A stretch of DNA of 64,000 nt from Octopus vulgaris (lineage: Eukaryota): NCBI GenBank assembly GCA_951406725.2, contig OX597825.1:59210001-59274000 (forward strand). Reading direction: 5' to 3'. Below the pieces are notes generated by a model. That model worked only from the letters and a program-made list of their open reading frames with translations, had not been told where the DNA came from and ran no database searches. Position numbers and translations under genes: made by a program. Of the stretch, positions 26,846-39,586 are shown one piece after another; within the stretch, counting starts at the first letter, position 1, and the number at the start of each line of letters is the position of its first letter.

Positions 26846-27569
26846 GCATAGTAGTAGTAGTAGTAGTAGCAGTTGCAGTAGCAGTTGCAGTAGCAGCAGT
26901 AGTAGTAGTAGTTGCTGCTGCTATTTTGCTCCCAAGTCAGCTCTGATCAAAATGCTTTCCAACAGTGGCCACCTTATCTTAGGATCAGGCATTCTTTTTT
27001 TCATGTCCCGGGTTCCATATGAACCAAATTATTTACTTTATTGAACGTAAATGCTTTCCAGAGTAAAACATGAAAGTGTTTCCCTCCAAAACAAAAAGTA
27101 TTAAGGAATGAAAGTAAAATAATGTACAGAAAAAAAAAAAAGAAAAAGAAAAGTGCAGTAGCAATTAGAATCTGTTAGATATTGTTTATAAAGCAACCAT
27201 GGGACTGTAATGGTGGGAAAGCCCTTTTCTTTTTTCTTTTGTAACTGCTTAATAAGATGATATATAGGCCGTGCTAGGACAATTTTTAAGGCATCTGTCA
27301 ATGAAGAGAGGAAAAGGGAAATTATGCATTGTGCAGAGACCCTAGTTTGAATGCCTATAACATTGTGGACTCTACTAAAGGCTCCTAAGGAGCAGGTTGG
27401 GGCTTCATAGCAGAAACTAAAAACTATAGAATTAAATGGTATTTATTTGGATCATTTTTACATACTGAATATAAATCCTGCCAAGGACTTATATTGCTGT
27501 GTATCCTTCCAGGATCTATAAATTCATAAGAGGTAAAAGCCTTCTTCATGATTAGCATTACTGATATCC

Positions 27570-27712
27570 CCACCTCCATATGCATGCACACATGTATGTC
27601 ATGACTCATACACTGTTCACTTTTTTTACTTTTTTACATAATTCTATGTACTATACAGGCACCTTTGGTGAGTTGTAGTGCACCTGAGCACAATACACAA
27701 TAATTTCTTTAT
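27570..27712 (+). mobile_element. Decayed CR1 3' UTR
   Basis: tgactcatacactgttcact...agttgtagtgcacctgagcac...caataatttc matches 60755-60900. Confidence 0.7.
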
Positions 27713-27715
27713 ATA

Positions 27716-27948
27716 AATGACCATGGGATTGTACCTAGTAAGTTACCCTCAGAGGCACAAGTCCAGGCAAGGTTGTTTATGGAAGACCAGCAGTCGCCCA
27801 TGCATACCAGCCTCTCCTCTCCATGCCATCAATGTTGCCCAAGGGAAAGGCAAAGGCCAATACAGCTTGGCACCAGTGATGTTGCAACTCATTTCTACTG
27901 CTGAGTTAACTGGAGCAACATGAAATAAAGTGTCTTGCCCAAGAACAC
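27716..27948 (-). mobile_element. SINE family G (5'-truncated)
   Basis: Collinear with 45681-45956 and the reverse complement of 63701-64000. Confidence 0.85.
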
Positions 27949-28160
27949 ATCATATGATGGGTTTCTTTCAGTTTCTGTCAACCAAATTCACTTGCAAGGC
28001 TTTGGTTGGCCTGAAGCTATAGTAGAAGATACTTGCCCATTGTGGAACTGATCCCAGAACCATGTTGTTGGGTAGCATGCTTCTTACCACACATCCATGC
28101 CTGCACCTATGCCACACCTGCACCGATGTCACACCTGCATCTATGCCACACTTGCACATG

Positions 28161-28216
<56 letters not shown>

Positions 28217-28719
28217 ACAGGAAAAATAGAAATTGAAAATGCACTGAGAATAGTTAAAATGCTTTTTTATTGATATATTTAAAGCTTTAACCGGTTTCAC
28301 AATTTACACTGATTTTCAAAAAGTTGAAATAGAAAGATGTAACTTATGCCAGAGATGTCTTGCTTTTGACTAGTATTTTAAGTTTACCCTGTTTTTATAG
28401 GGAGTTCATGGCTCAAATTAGTATATGTTTTGAATAGGACTTGATTGGTAGAGGATAGCCACATGACGGGTCTTAGAAATGTTCGTAGGTTCCCCCGCTA
28501 CATCTATGTGTTAATATCAAGTGACAATGTTTGGCTTTGTAAGTTAGAGAAGCAGCATTTTGCCAGCATGCCTTCATGCTTGCATGAAGTTGGTCCTGAT
28601 GTTGGAGTTAACTTTGCTCAAATCTTTGAACTGAGGAGAAGTGGGACTGGCACCAGGTCCTGCATTTTGATGCTTTGTTTTCCTAGGAAGAAAAGGGAAT
28701 GTTACATCATTTCAAATGT

Positions 28720-29225
28720 CTTAGTTTGTCTTTGAAGTGCAAGAGTGGCCTTCCAGTGACCTTCATGTTGGGAATAGGCCAAAGAGAAGTTGATTTGGAA
28801 TTCTGATATCACTCATACGTAAGAGATACCCTGACCATCAAAGGCTTATTTTGATGAGGATGGCTTCAATACCTTATATGTTGCATTTTGTTAGTACCTC
28901 ACTGTTATAAATATAGTAACTCAGTTTTATGTTGGAGATAGTATGCAAGCACTGCATATAAAAAGCATCGAGCTGGTTGATGTGCTTTCAGTACAGAGTC
29001 CAAGATCCAGCACCATAAAGCAACTGACTTTCACCTACATCAACTTTCACTTTCAATGATATGTCTTAGCTGTTCCAAAGCCTGTGATAAGATTTACCAA
29101 AAGTGGAGCTAGCCTTCCTGATTCTGGATTAAATTTCTTTGTCCATCTTAGCATCATTAGACACAATGGTAAGTGAAGGAGGAAACAATTTTTAATGCTT
29201 TCCCATCACCATATACAGTGGAGGC
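28720..29225 (-). pseudogene. Decayed RTE (BovB-like) LINE ORF, RT C-terminal region
   Basis: Minus strand reads DGKALKIVSSFTY..SNDAKMDKEI*SRIRKASSTFGK..RLWNS*DISLKVKV..LLYGAGSWTLY*KHINQLDAFYMQCL..NSEVLTKC..IEAILIKISL*WSGYLLRMSDIRIPNQLLFG..GRPLLHFKDKL. Confidence 0.85.
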
Positions 29226-29239
29226 AACAGCGGGAAAAT

Positions 29240-29480
29240 GGTCACGAATAGGCTGATGAACAAGCTCAGATTAGCAGCTACAGAAAGTTGATGGTGGATA
29301 CACTTTTTTCTCGATGGGTAAGCCTCAAGGAGTAAAGAAAGAAGCAGGTGTTGGGTTTGCTATTCAGAATGGCCTGGTGAAACATCTTGAATCTCTGCCT
29401 GTTGGCATATATATATATATATATATATATACATGGAAGAGGGAGTGCTGAAAGGTTCCTGGCTTTAAGGCTTTCACAAA
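29240..29480 (+). pseudogene. RTE APE-endonuclease fragment, split by a (TA)n tract
   Basis: VDGGYTFFSMGKPQGVKKEAGVGFAIQNGLVKHLESLPVG-[TA]n-SAERFLALRL matches RTE GYTFFWSGK..GVGFAI...SERLMxLRL. Confidence 0.8.
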
Positions 29481-30187
29481 AGGCCTGGTTGGAGGCCTCT
29501 TTTACAGGGCTTAGAAAAACTGAAAGACCACTGCAATACGTGGGTGAATCTGAGAGGAGAATATGTTGAATAAAATCATAATTAACTGATTCTCCTGCAT
29601 TTTCTTTTACCCAAAGCCAGGAACTTTTCATCACCCTTCCTCTCTGTGTGTGTGTGTGTGTGTGTATGCTAAATGCTTACTTTATCCGTTCAGGTTTTCT
29701 CAGTTTTTTGTTTTTTTTAAAATCCTCTTGGAGTATAGGAGAAGAAAAGGTGAAGCAACACAAGTAATAGATATAAATATACCAAGGCCTGAAATTTGTG
29801 GGGAGGGGTTTAGTCAATTACATCGACCCCCACTTCCCTCCAGTATTTGACTGGTACATATTTCATCGACCCCGAAAGGATGTAAGGCAAAATTGACCTA
29901 AGTAAAATTTGAACTCAGAATGTAAAGATGGACAAAAGCCACAAAGTATTTTGCCCAGCATACTAATGTTTCTGTCATTTCACCACCTTAGATATAGATA
30001 TATAATAAAAGAAAGGATTGTTTCATCTCTAAGCTCATCTCTGAAACTGAGCTTAATGGGTGCAAAAGTTATAATTACATATATGTATACTTATTGGTAA
30101 ATGAGGAGAACAGCTGAGGTAAGAGGAGGTCATAAACCTCATAACATCCCATTCAGCAACCTACTTCGCATATAAATATAAAAAAAT

Positions 30188-30438
30188 AAATGCGCCCTTC
30201 TAAAGCCTAGCCAGGCTCATGGGCCCGGTTTCCCGGTTTCAGTGGTGTATGTGTTCCCCAGCTGGACGGGACGCCAGTCCATCGCAGCGTTACTCATTTT
30301 TACCAGCTGAGTGGACTGGAGCAATGAGAAATTAAGTGTTTTGCTAAAGAACACAACACGTCGCCCGGTCCAGGAATCGAAACCACAATCCTACGATCAT
30401 AATGCTGACACCCTAACCACTAAGCCACGTGCCTCCAC
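30188..30438 (-). mobile_element. SINE family C, full length
   Basis: tRNA head, TTGTGTTCTTTAGCAAAACACTT, CCAGTCCACTCAGCTG, V-domain-like GCGATGGACTGGCGTCCCGTCCAG; same family as 49761 and 50012. Confidence 0.9.
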
Positions 30439-30769
30439 TTCTTCCCATAAATCCAAACTTGAATGTCACAATGCACCTCTAGCCCCTCTGACCCACTCCC
30501 AGCCTCACCCTTCACTTCCACCCCAACTATCTCTCACCCTTTGTTATTTTTGTACTCACCCACTCACTCCCATCATTTTGATCAAATTTACATAACTCTC
30601 AATATATCTCTCTGTCTGTCTGTCTCTCTCTCACTCTTTCTTACTTTCTCTGCCTCTCTTTCTGTGTGTGTGTGTCTCACTTTTTCCTACTGTCTCTTCC
30701 TCTCTTTGTGTGTATCTCTTTTTTTCTCGGTGTGTAGTTGTCTCTCTCTCAGGAAGTCTTTTTTTCCAG

Positions 30770-30770
30770 T

Positions 30771-30803
<33 letters not shown>

Positions 30804-32215
30804 AGTAGTGTGTGGCAACATTTACTGCAAATGTTGATACCGTTGCAAATATGGTTTGCTAGATATATAATTTGTTGTTGTTGCTGTTGCACCAACTGGT
30901 TGTCACTTCAGGTGTTGCTGTTGTAGTTGCTGCTGCTACTTCCGCTGCTGCTGCTGCTGCTGCTGTAGCTGTACCTGTTACAGATGCTGTTACCAGTATT
31001 GTTGTTGTTGTTCTTGTTCTTGTTGTTTCAGCTACCTACTAACGTTATTAGTTGTGATCAGCTGTAGTTGTGTTGCTGTTGTTCTTGTTGTGACCACTGT
31101 TGATGTTGTTGTTGTCATTGTGATTACTGCAGATGTCGTTGTGATGCTTGTTATTGTTATCGTTGTAGCCATGGTTGCAACAGCTGTTGTTATTGTTGTT
31201 GTTGTTGTTATAGCTACAGGTCGTCTTCCTGTTGTTATAGTTGTAGCTGCTTACAGATGCTGCTATCCTTGTTACAAATGTTGTTGTTATTGTTGTGATG
31301 TTGTTGTTGTCATTGCCGTCATCGTTGTCGTTGTTGTTGTCAATCCAGATGACACTATTGTTGTTGTTGTTGTTACAGTTGCGGTTGGTATAGATATTAT
31401 TGTTGTTGCTGTTGTTGTTGTTGTTATTGTTATTAGTAGTAATAGGAAATCTGCAGCTTTGTGGTATGGCTGCTGCACTAGCAGCTACTGCAACTGTTGC
31501 TGCTGTCTTTGCAGTGGTGCACACAGCAGCTGTGATAGTTGTTGTTGTTGATATTGTTAATGATGAAGTTGATGGTGGTGGTGGCAGGGAAGATAGTTTG
31601 CTGGTGGTGGTGGTGGTGATTGTCATCGTGGTGACAGTTCTTTTAAGAAGTGTCGGTGGTGGTAGTGGTGACAATGATGATGATGATGATTATTATGATG
31701 AGGGGGAGGAGGAGGAAGACGAGAATCACGTTGACAACAACTATGATGATGATAATGATGAGGAGGTAGAGACACGGAAGAAGGAGGATGTGGAAGATGT
31801 TGACATGTTGACACTGATGATGAGGAGGAGGAGGAAGAGACACGGAAGAAGGAGGATGTGGAAGATGTTGACACTGATGATGATGACAACAACGTTGATG
31901 ATGATGATGATGATGATGATGATGACGGTGATGATGATGAATAAGAATATGTTGGTGGTGATGATGGTGATAGTGATGATGGCGATGGTGGTGTGGTGGT
32001 AGTGGTGATGATGACGACGGGGACAAATAGAGTGGTGTTGATGTTGATGATTGTGGTGATGATGATGTAGTGGTGGTGGTGAGGAGGAGGAGGATGAATA
32101 GGGTGGTGTTGATGTTGATGGTTGTAGTGATGGAAGCAGTTGTGTTGGTATAGTCATGATGATGATGATAATGAAGGGGAGGAGGCAGTTTATAATTATG
32201 ATCATGATCATAGAA
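30770..32215. repeat. Degenerate trinucleotide low-complexity tract (GTA/GTT/GCT/GAT/GGT)
   Basis: Read directly; open in several frames on both strands with homopolymeric translations. Confidence 0.9.
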
Positions 32216-33044
32216 AGGAAGAGGAAGTACGTGTCAACAGTTTTAAAATTTAAAGATCTATGTATGTAATAACATACTGAGGTATAACCACAGCTTCGAC
32301 ATATGATAATCTAGTGTATACATGTGTGTGAGTGGAAGTGTGTGTGTGTGTATGTGACATATATCAATATGTTATGCAAAATATGAGTGTGTTTGTGTGT
32401 ATACACATGAGTATGTGTCTATATACATGTATACTTTATTTGTAGATTGACAAAGTACACATTTCCATTTTGGAGATCAGTGCCAACATTCCCAAGGGGT
32501 TTGCTTGAAAAATTGTGGAGATCTCTACTGCAGAAAACCATTGGTTGCCTTGCTAATCTGCTTTTATGTGGTGCTGCATGGGCACTTTTATGTAGCACTG
32601 TATGGATGCTTTTATGTGGCACAACATGGGTACTTTTATGTATATATATATATATGTGTGTGTGTGATTTTGTGTATATTTCATATGTATGTGTGTTTGT
32701 GTCCCCTTGTCTTGAGAATGTGTGATAGTTGTAAATGAATGTCTCAGTCATACAAGCAGTGTCATTCATTTCCAATACTCTGAGAGATCCTGTCTGGTCA
32801 TGGGGAACATATCAACCTTGCTTGGAAACGGGTGAGGGTTGGTGACAGGAAGGGCATCCAGTTGTAGAAAATTTACCTCAAATAACTACCCAACTGGTGC
32901 AAGTGAACGACGATGGGGGGAGGAGGAGGACGACGACGAGGAAGAGGAGGAAGAAAACAAGAATCACATTGACAACAACTATGATGAGGAACAGAAGAAG
33001 GAGGAAGCGGAGGATGTTGACACTGATGATGACAACAACAACGT

Positions 33045-33099
<55 letters not shown>

Positions 33100-33323
33100 T
33101 AAGGATGTGTTGATTGTGATAGTGATGATGGTGGCGTAGTAGTGGTGGTGGTGGTGGGGATGATGATGATGATGAGGACAAATAGGCTGGATGACGATGA
33201 TGATGATGATATGTGTGTGTAGGTGTATGTATGTATGTATGTATGTATGTATGTGCACGTGTGTGTTTGTGTGTATCAATCTTTTTATCTATCTCTCTAA
33301 CTCTTTATATTTATATATACACA

Positions 33324-33546
33324 GAGGCGCAATGGCCTAGTGGTTAGGGCAGCGGACTCGCGGTCGCAGGATCGCGGTTTCGATTCTCAGACCGGGCGTT
33401 GTGTGTGTTTATTGAGCGAAAACACCTAAAAGCTCTACGAGGCTCCGGCAGGGGGTGGTGATCCCTGCTGTACTCTTTCACCACAATGGCGGTGCCCCAG
33501 CATGGCCACACAAGAGCTGAAACTGAAAAAAAAAAAAAAAAAAAAA
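33324..33546 (+). mobile_element. SINE family D head joined to a family B-like tail and poly(A)
   Basis: GGCGCAATGGCCTAGTGGTTAGGGCAGCGGACTCGCGGTC..GTTTCGATTC matches 62345 (minus) up to ctgtactctttc, then switches to ggcggtgccccagcatggcc..ctgaaac. Confidence 0.85.
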
Positions 33547-34034
33547 TACCAATACACACACACACACACACGTATACATACACATTAGCATGTACGTATG
33601 TATGTATTTGTGTGTGTTTGTGTGTGTCTATCAGTTGAAATTAATCACATTGGACTGAGCACATGTGATGATAAGATATTAAGATAGACGCAGAGTGGTG
33701 AGAACTTGTCTGTTCAACAAGAGCAACAAGAACATATACATATTAATTAGGGAGCTGGTAACTTATTAAGGGTCTTGGAGTCTCTCTCTCTCTCTCTCTC
33801 TCTATCTGTCTATCTATCTATGTTTTTCTTCCTTGATAAGATGGATTGCACTGCTTCAGTTGGTGGAATTTATGGAAATACATTAGCTGTGAGTATATAT
33901 ATATACTTGTAAATGTGTGTGTATATATGTGTGAATATTAATACATCAGTATATCAGTGTGTAAGACAAGGAAAGAAAGGGAATATGGGACAAGGAAAGA
34001 GTAAAAATATATACAGCTATATCTATAAATATTA

Positions 34035-34076
<42 letters not shown>

Positions 34077-34235
34077 AAGTGTATATGTATGTATATATGT
34101 GTATATCTGTCTGTATGTCTGTGTGTTTGCTTGTGAGTATGTATGTGTGTCTGTCTGTCTGTCTGTCTGTCTGTCCCTCACTCTCTCTATTGACCTGTCT
34201 ATATGCATATGTGTGTGTGTGTGTGTGTGTGTGTG

Positions 34236-34970
34236 ATAACCAGCTGGCAGACAATCTGCCTTGGGTTAAGCTACTAGTAACATGGAGCAGTCACTTTGAC
34301 ATGGTGATTGACTTTACTTTTTAGTACAGTTACTACCCTGACCTCTTCTTGAGATTTTACAACTAGTTAGTTGGCTTGTTGCAAATCAGTGACCGATGGT
34401 CACTTTGATGGAACAAACCCTGGCTATCGCTCTAGGGGCTGGATGTTCATGATTGAGGATGAGCCAAACAGCTTGAAACTGAGTCAGTCTCGTGATTCCT
34501 GTTGTCTACTGGAGGATGGTAGGGGTTCATTCCCCCTACTGGCAATATATATCTTTATATATAAAAGTCAAGTTGTGTGTCTGTCTCCTACGATTTAGAT
34601 TCCTAACTATTCCCACATTTTGCAGTGCAGTTTAACCAAAACCGGGTATCTTATAGTCGTGATTCATATCGAGCCCTTCTGGGTAATAGCGCGCGTCTAT
34701 GATGAGTCTACAATTTAAAAAAAAAATTTACCATCATTTTTTCCATTTTAATGCATTTTTTTTGCTATTATATAAGGGAAGTAACTCTCTAAAAATGTCT
34801 ACGATGAGTCAACGATTTAAAAAAAATTTATCATCATTTTTTTTCCATTTTTAATGCATTTTTTTTGCTATTTTTTGGCTATAACTCTCTAAAAATGCTT
34901 ATATAGTTATTTCCCTTACAAACCTGAGCAACGCCGGGCGATACTGCTAGTTGTATATAAAGGGTGCAGT
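34236..34970 (+). mobile_element. Penelope-like pseudo-LTR remnant with decayed hammerhead (about 34453-34487), interrupted by a Helitron
   Basis: Homologous to 44512-45073; contains TTGAGGA-T-GAGC(caaaca)GCTT-GAAAC-TGA-GTC. Confidence 0.55.
34552..34950 (+). mobile_element. Non-autonomous Helitron, 399 bp
   Basis: 5' A|TC (34551/34552), 3' subterminal hairpin CCTGAGCAACGCCGGG, CTAG|T end (34947-34951), no TSD; internal tandem duplication of about 100 bp. Confidence 0.9.
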
Positions 34971-35432
34971 GTTGCATTGATAACATATAACGCAGTATTG
35001 TATGTTCTTTGTTAAGTGCAGGATAAGTATTACCTTACGTATATATCATCATCATCATCACCATTGTTTAATGTCTATCTTCCATGCAGGTTTGGGTCTG
35101 ACTGTCTGACAGGAGCCAGCCAGGTAAAAGACTACTCCAGGCTATTGTCTGTTTTGGTGAGGTTTTTACTTATTTATACACACGCACAAACACAAACATA
35201 CACACACACAAACACACACATATATATATATATACATACATACATATATATAAGAGGGATGACCACTATGTGGACAACTTTAATGCTATCAGACTCTTTT
35301 GCCGAACTGCTAAATAACGGGGATGTAAACGCACCAACATTGGTGGGGGGGGGGCAAACACAGACACACAAATACACACATACAAACACACAAACAGACA
35401 TGTATATATATTTAGATATATATGTGTATGTG

Positions 35433-35487
<55 letters not shown>

Positions 35488-35634
35488 CCCTCTCTCTCTT
35501 TCGGAGAGGTACTGAGCACCTACACACACATATGCACACACGGCAGTAACTTCCGCCTACCGAATTCAATCACAAAGCTTCGGTCGGCTCGGGGCTATAG
35601 TAGAAGACACTGAACCCGAAACCATGTGGCTATA

Positions 35635-35707
<73 letters not shown>

Positions 35708-36867
35708 GGTGGGCTTCTTTCAAGTTCCGTCTACCAAATCCACTCACAAGGCTTTGGTCAGCCTTAGGCTATAGTAGAAGACACTTGCCCATGCAGTGAG
35801 ACTGAACCTGGAACCATGTGGTTGGGAATCAAGCTTCTTATCAAACAGCCACGCCTGCACCTATATATATATATGTTCAAGATTTCAAGATTATATCTTA
35901 GTAAACTTGATAGATCTATATAAATAGATGTACTCAAATCTCAAATATCCTCACTCGTATATCTCATACAAATACAATGACTGACACACATGCATACAAT
36001 TATACATACGTATATACAGATGCACACACATATACACACAACTGCATACAGGCACACATATGGATATATGAATAGTTGTGCACTCTACTTCACACACAGA
36101 AGACACACCTCATATTTATAGACATTTATAAATAAAAGTACACACCTCTCTCGTTCCCTCCCTCTCTCTCTCTCTCTCTCACACACACATACACACCCTC
36201 TCATTCATACACACTCTTCATTCATACATACTCTTCATTCATACACATATGTGCTCACATATTGAGGCACACCTCACAAATATATGTTTTTATTCTATTT
36301 TATTTTTTTATTTGTTTCAGTTACTGGACTGTGGCCATGCTAGAGCACCACGTTTAGTCGAAAATATCGACCCCTAGGACCTCGGTCTCTTTTGCTGAAC
36401 TGCTAAGTTATGGGGATGTAATGGTAGGGAGACAAACACACATACATACATACATACATACATGATGGGCTTCTTTCAGTTTCTCTCTACGAAATCCACT
36501 CACAAGGATTTGGTTGGCCTGAGGAAATAGTAGAAGACACTTGCCCAAGGTGCCATGCATTAGGACTGAACTCGGAACCATGTGGTTGGTAAGCAAGCTA
36601 CTTACCACACAGCCACTCCTACACATATATATAAATATGCTTATTTTATCTTTCTTTTATCTTTTACTTGTTTTAGTCATTAGACTCTGCACATGGTGGA
36701 GCACTGCCTTAGTCAAATGAATCAACCCCAGTACTTTTTTTTAAAGCCTGGTATATCGGTTTCTTTAGCTAAACTGCTAAGTTATGGAGATGTAAACACA
36801 TCAACACTGGTTGTCAAGTGTTGGTAGGGGACAAAATAGACACGAAGACACACACATACACACATTA

Positions 36868-37072
36868 TTCTCTTTTACTCTCTTTTACTTGTTTCAGCCA
36901 TTTGACTGTGGCCATGCTGGAGCACTGCCTTTAGTCGAGCAAATAGACCCCAGGACTTATTCTTTGTAAGCCTAGTACTTATTCTATCAGTCTCTTTTGC
37001 TGAACCGCTAAGTTTCAGGGGCGTAAACATACCAGCATCGGTTGTCAAGCGATGTTGGGGGGACAAACACAG

Positions 37073-37121
<49 letters not shown>

Positions 37122-37270
37122 TACGACAGGCTTCTTTCAGTTTCTCTCTACCAAATCCACTCACAAGGCTTTTGTCGGCCCGAGGCTATAGTAGGTGCCA
37201 TGCAATGGGAATGAACCCAGAATCATGTGGTTCGTAAACAAGCAACTTACCACACAGCCACTCCTGCACC
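36868..37270 (-). mobile_element. SINE family B, near full length
   Basis: Collinear with 1851-2238. Confidence 0.9.
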
Positions 37271-38095
37271 TATATCTGGATATAAAAATGTTATTGACAG
37301 TGACTATGAAGTTTTGGTCACATAAGCCATCATCTGACGATGGCTTGGCTGACTGAGACTTTGAAGTCACTGTCAACAATATTCTTGTGTAGGAATAGTA
37401 GATTTGTACTCAACAAAAGTCAAGAGTAACCTGTCAGGTTAATGCAAAATTATTTTTATTATAATTTCACATAAAAAGAAACATAGATATATATATATAT
37501 GTGTATATAATGGGCTTCTTTTAGTTTCCATCTACCAAAACTACTGACAAGGTTCTGGTTAGCTTGAGGGTATAGTAAAAGACACCTACCCAAGGGGCTA
37601 ATCACTGAGATTGAAACCAGGACCATGTAGTTTGGAAGCAAACTTCTTGCCACAAAGCAGCCTCTAAAATATACATGTATATAAATATGTATATATAAAT
37701 GTTTGTGACATCATTATCATCATCATCATCATTTTAATGTCTATTTTTCCATGCTTGCATAGATCAGACAAAATTTATTTAGGCAGATTAATTTTTCTAC
37801 GGCCTGATGCCTTTCCTGTCACTAACCCTCAGCAGTTTCCAAGCCAGGTTTTATTTTCCCACAGCCAGACTGGACATGTTTTCCATCAGTGGCAGAAAAA
37901 CAAACACCATCTTGTGTCTGATATTTATGCTCATTTGCAACCATTACATGCTGTCAAGACAAGGGTACACTCAAACACACACATACATGCATACACACAC
38001 ACATACATGCATACTTATGCACATGTGCATACTTACATATATATGTGCATGTGTGTATATATATATATATGCAGATACATATGTTTATATATATA

Positions 38096-38480
38096 GGTGC
38101 AGGAGTGGCTGTGTGGTAAGTAGCTTGCTTACCAACCACATGGTTCCGAGTTCAGTCCCACTGTGTGGCACCTTGGGCAAGTGTCCTCCACTATAGCCTC
38201 AGGTCGACCAAAGCCGTCTGAGTAGATTTGCTAGAAAGAAGCCCATCGTATATATGTATATGTGTATATATATATGTTTGTGTGTCTGTGTTTGTCCCCC
38301 CAACATCGCTTGACAACCGATGCTGGTGTGTTTACGCCCCTGTAACTTAGCGGTTCAGCAAAAGAGACTGATAGAATAAGTACTAGGCTTACAAAGAATA
38401 AGTCCTGGGATCAATTTGCTCAATTAAAGGTGGTGCTCCAGCATGGCTGCAGTCAAATGACTGAAAGAAGTAAAAGAAAG
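38096..38480 (+). mobile_element. SINE family B, full length
   Basis: GGTGCAGGAGTGGCTGTGTGGTAAG..GAGTTCAGTCCC..CCTTGGGCAAGT..AAATGACTGAAAGAAGTAAAAGA. Confidence 0.92.
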
Positions 38481-38994
38481 TATACATACAAACATGTATC
38501 CATGCATATATATATATATATGTAGAGAGAGAGAGAAGGAAACAGACAGACTGAATGAAACATAGTCACACCTCATGCAGACACACCTCACACACTCATG
38601 CATCAAACTCACACACACATACCAGCATGTAGGCACCTCACCATCCCCATATACATACATATATAAATAGTATGCATGACACCTCTGACTAGAAATATCT
38701 TCTAATTTTGGATTAAACCCTGCCATCACCACCACCACCACCACCACCACCACCACTACGGTTACCACCCACCATCCACCACCATCACCAAAATATCCTG
38801 CGAGGGCCAGCTCTAGTTATAGGAAGGTGTGGAGGAATAAGAATCATCAGAAGTTTTTGCTAGGAATGTGGCACAGGCCAATACTAAAACTCAAGTTTTC
38901 AATGACATCACTGAACTGATATTAACAACAACAACAACAACAATGACAACAATAACAAGAGAGATAATAATGCTGATACTGCTGCTAAAAATAA

Positions 38995-39470
38995 CTGTTT
39001 CAAATTTTGGCAGAAGGCCAGCAGTTTTAGGGGAAGGGTATAAGTTGATTACATCGACCCCCGCCTCCCACAACACTTGACTGGTTTCTTTATTTTCTCA
39101 GCCCCCTAGAGGGTGGAAAACAATGTTGACCTTGGTGGGATTTGAAACCAGAATGTAAAGATCCGGAAGAAATGCCAACTGAACATTTTTGTCTGATGCA
39201 CTGATGATTCTGCCAATTATGATAATAATAGTAATTATGATAATAGTAATTATGATAATAATAGTAATGATAATAATAATAATAATTTCTGGGGGAGGGG
39301 ACTAGTTGATTACATCAACCCCAGTGTTTCACTGGTACTTAATTTATCGGCCTCAAAAATGAAAGGCAAAGTCGACCTCGGCAGAATTTGAACTCAAAAT
39401 GTAGTGACAGGCGAAATACGGCTTATTATACTACCCAGTGTGCTAACCCATCTGCCAGCTTGCTGCCTTG
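38995..39470 (-). mobile_element. Two SINE family A copies separated by TAA-rich repeats
   Basis: gaaaggcaaagtcgacctcggcagaatttgaactc at 39361 and a diverged copy at about 39115. Confidence 0.85.
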
Positions 39471-39471
39471 A

Positions 39472-39586
<115 letters not shown>

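Noticed and set aside
31048-33279. Poly-His, poly-Asn, poly-Val and poly-Met ORFs
   Set aside because: Trinucleotide low-complexity DNA open on both strands; no domain or splice support.
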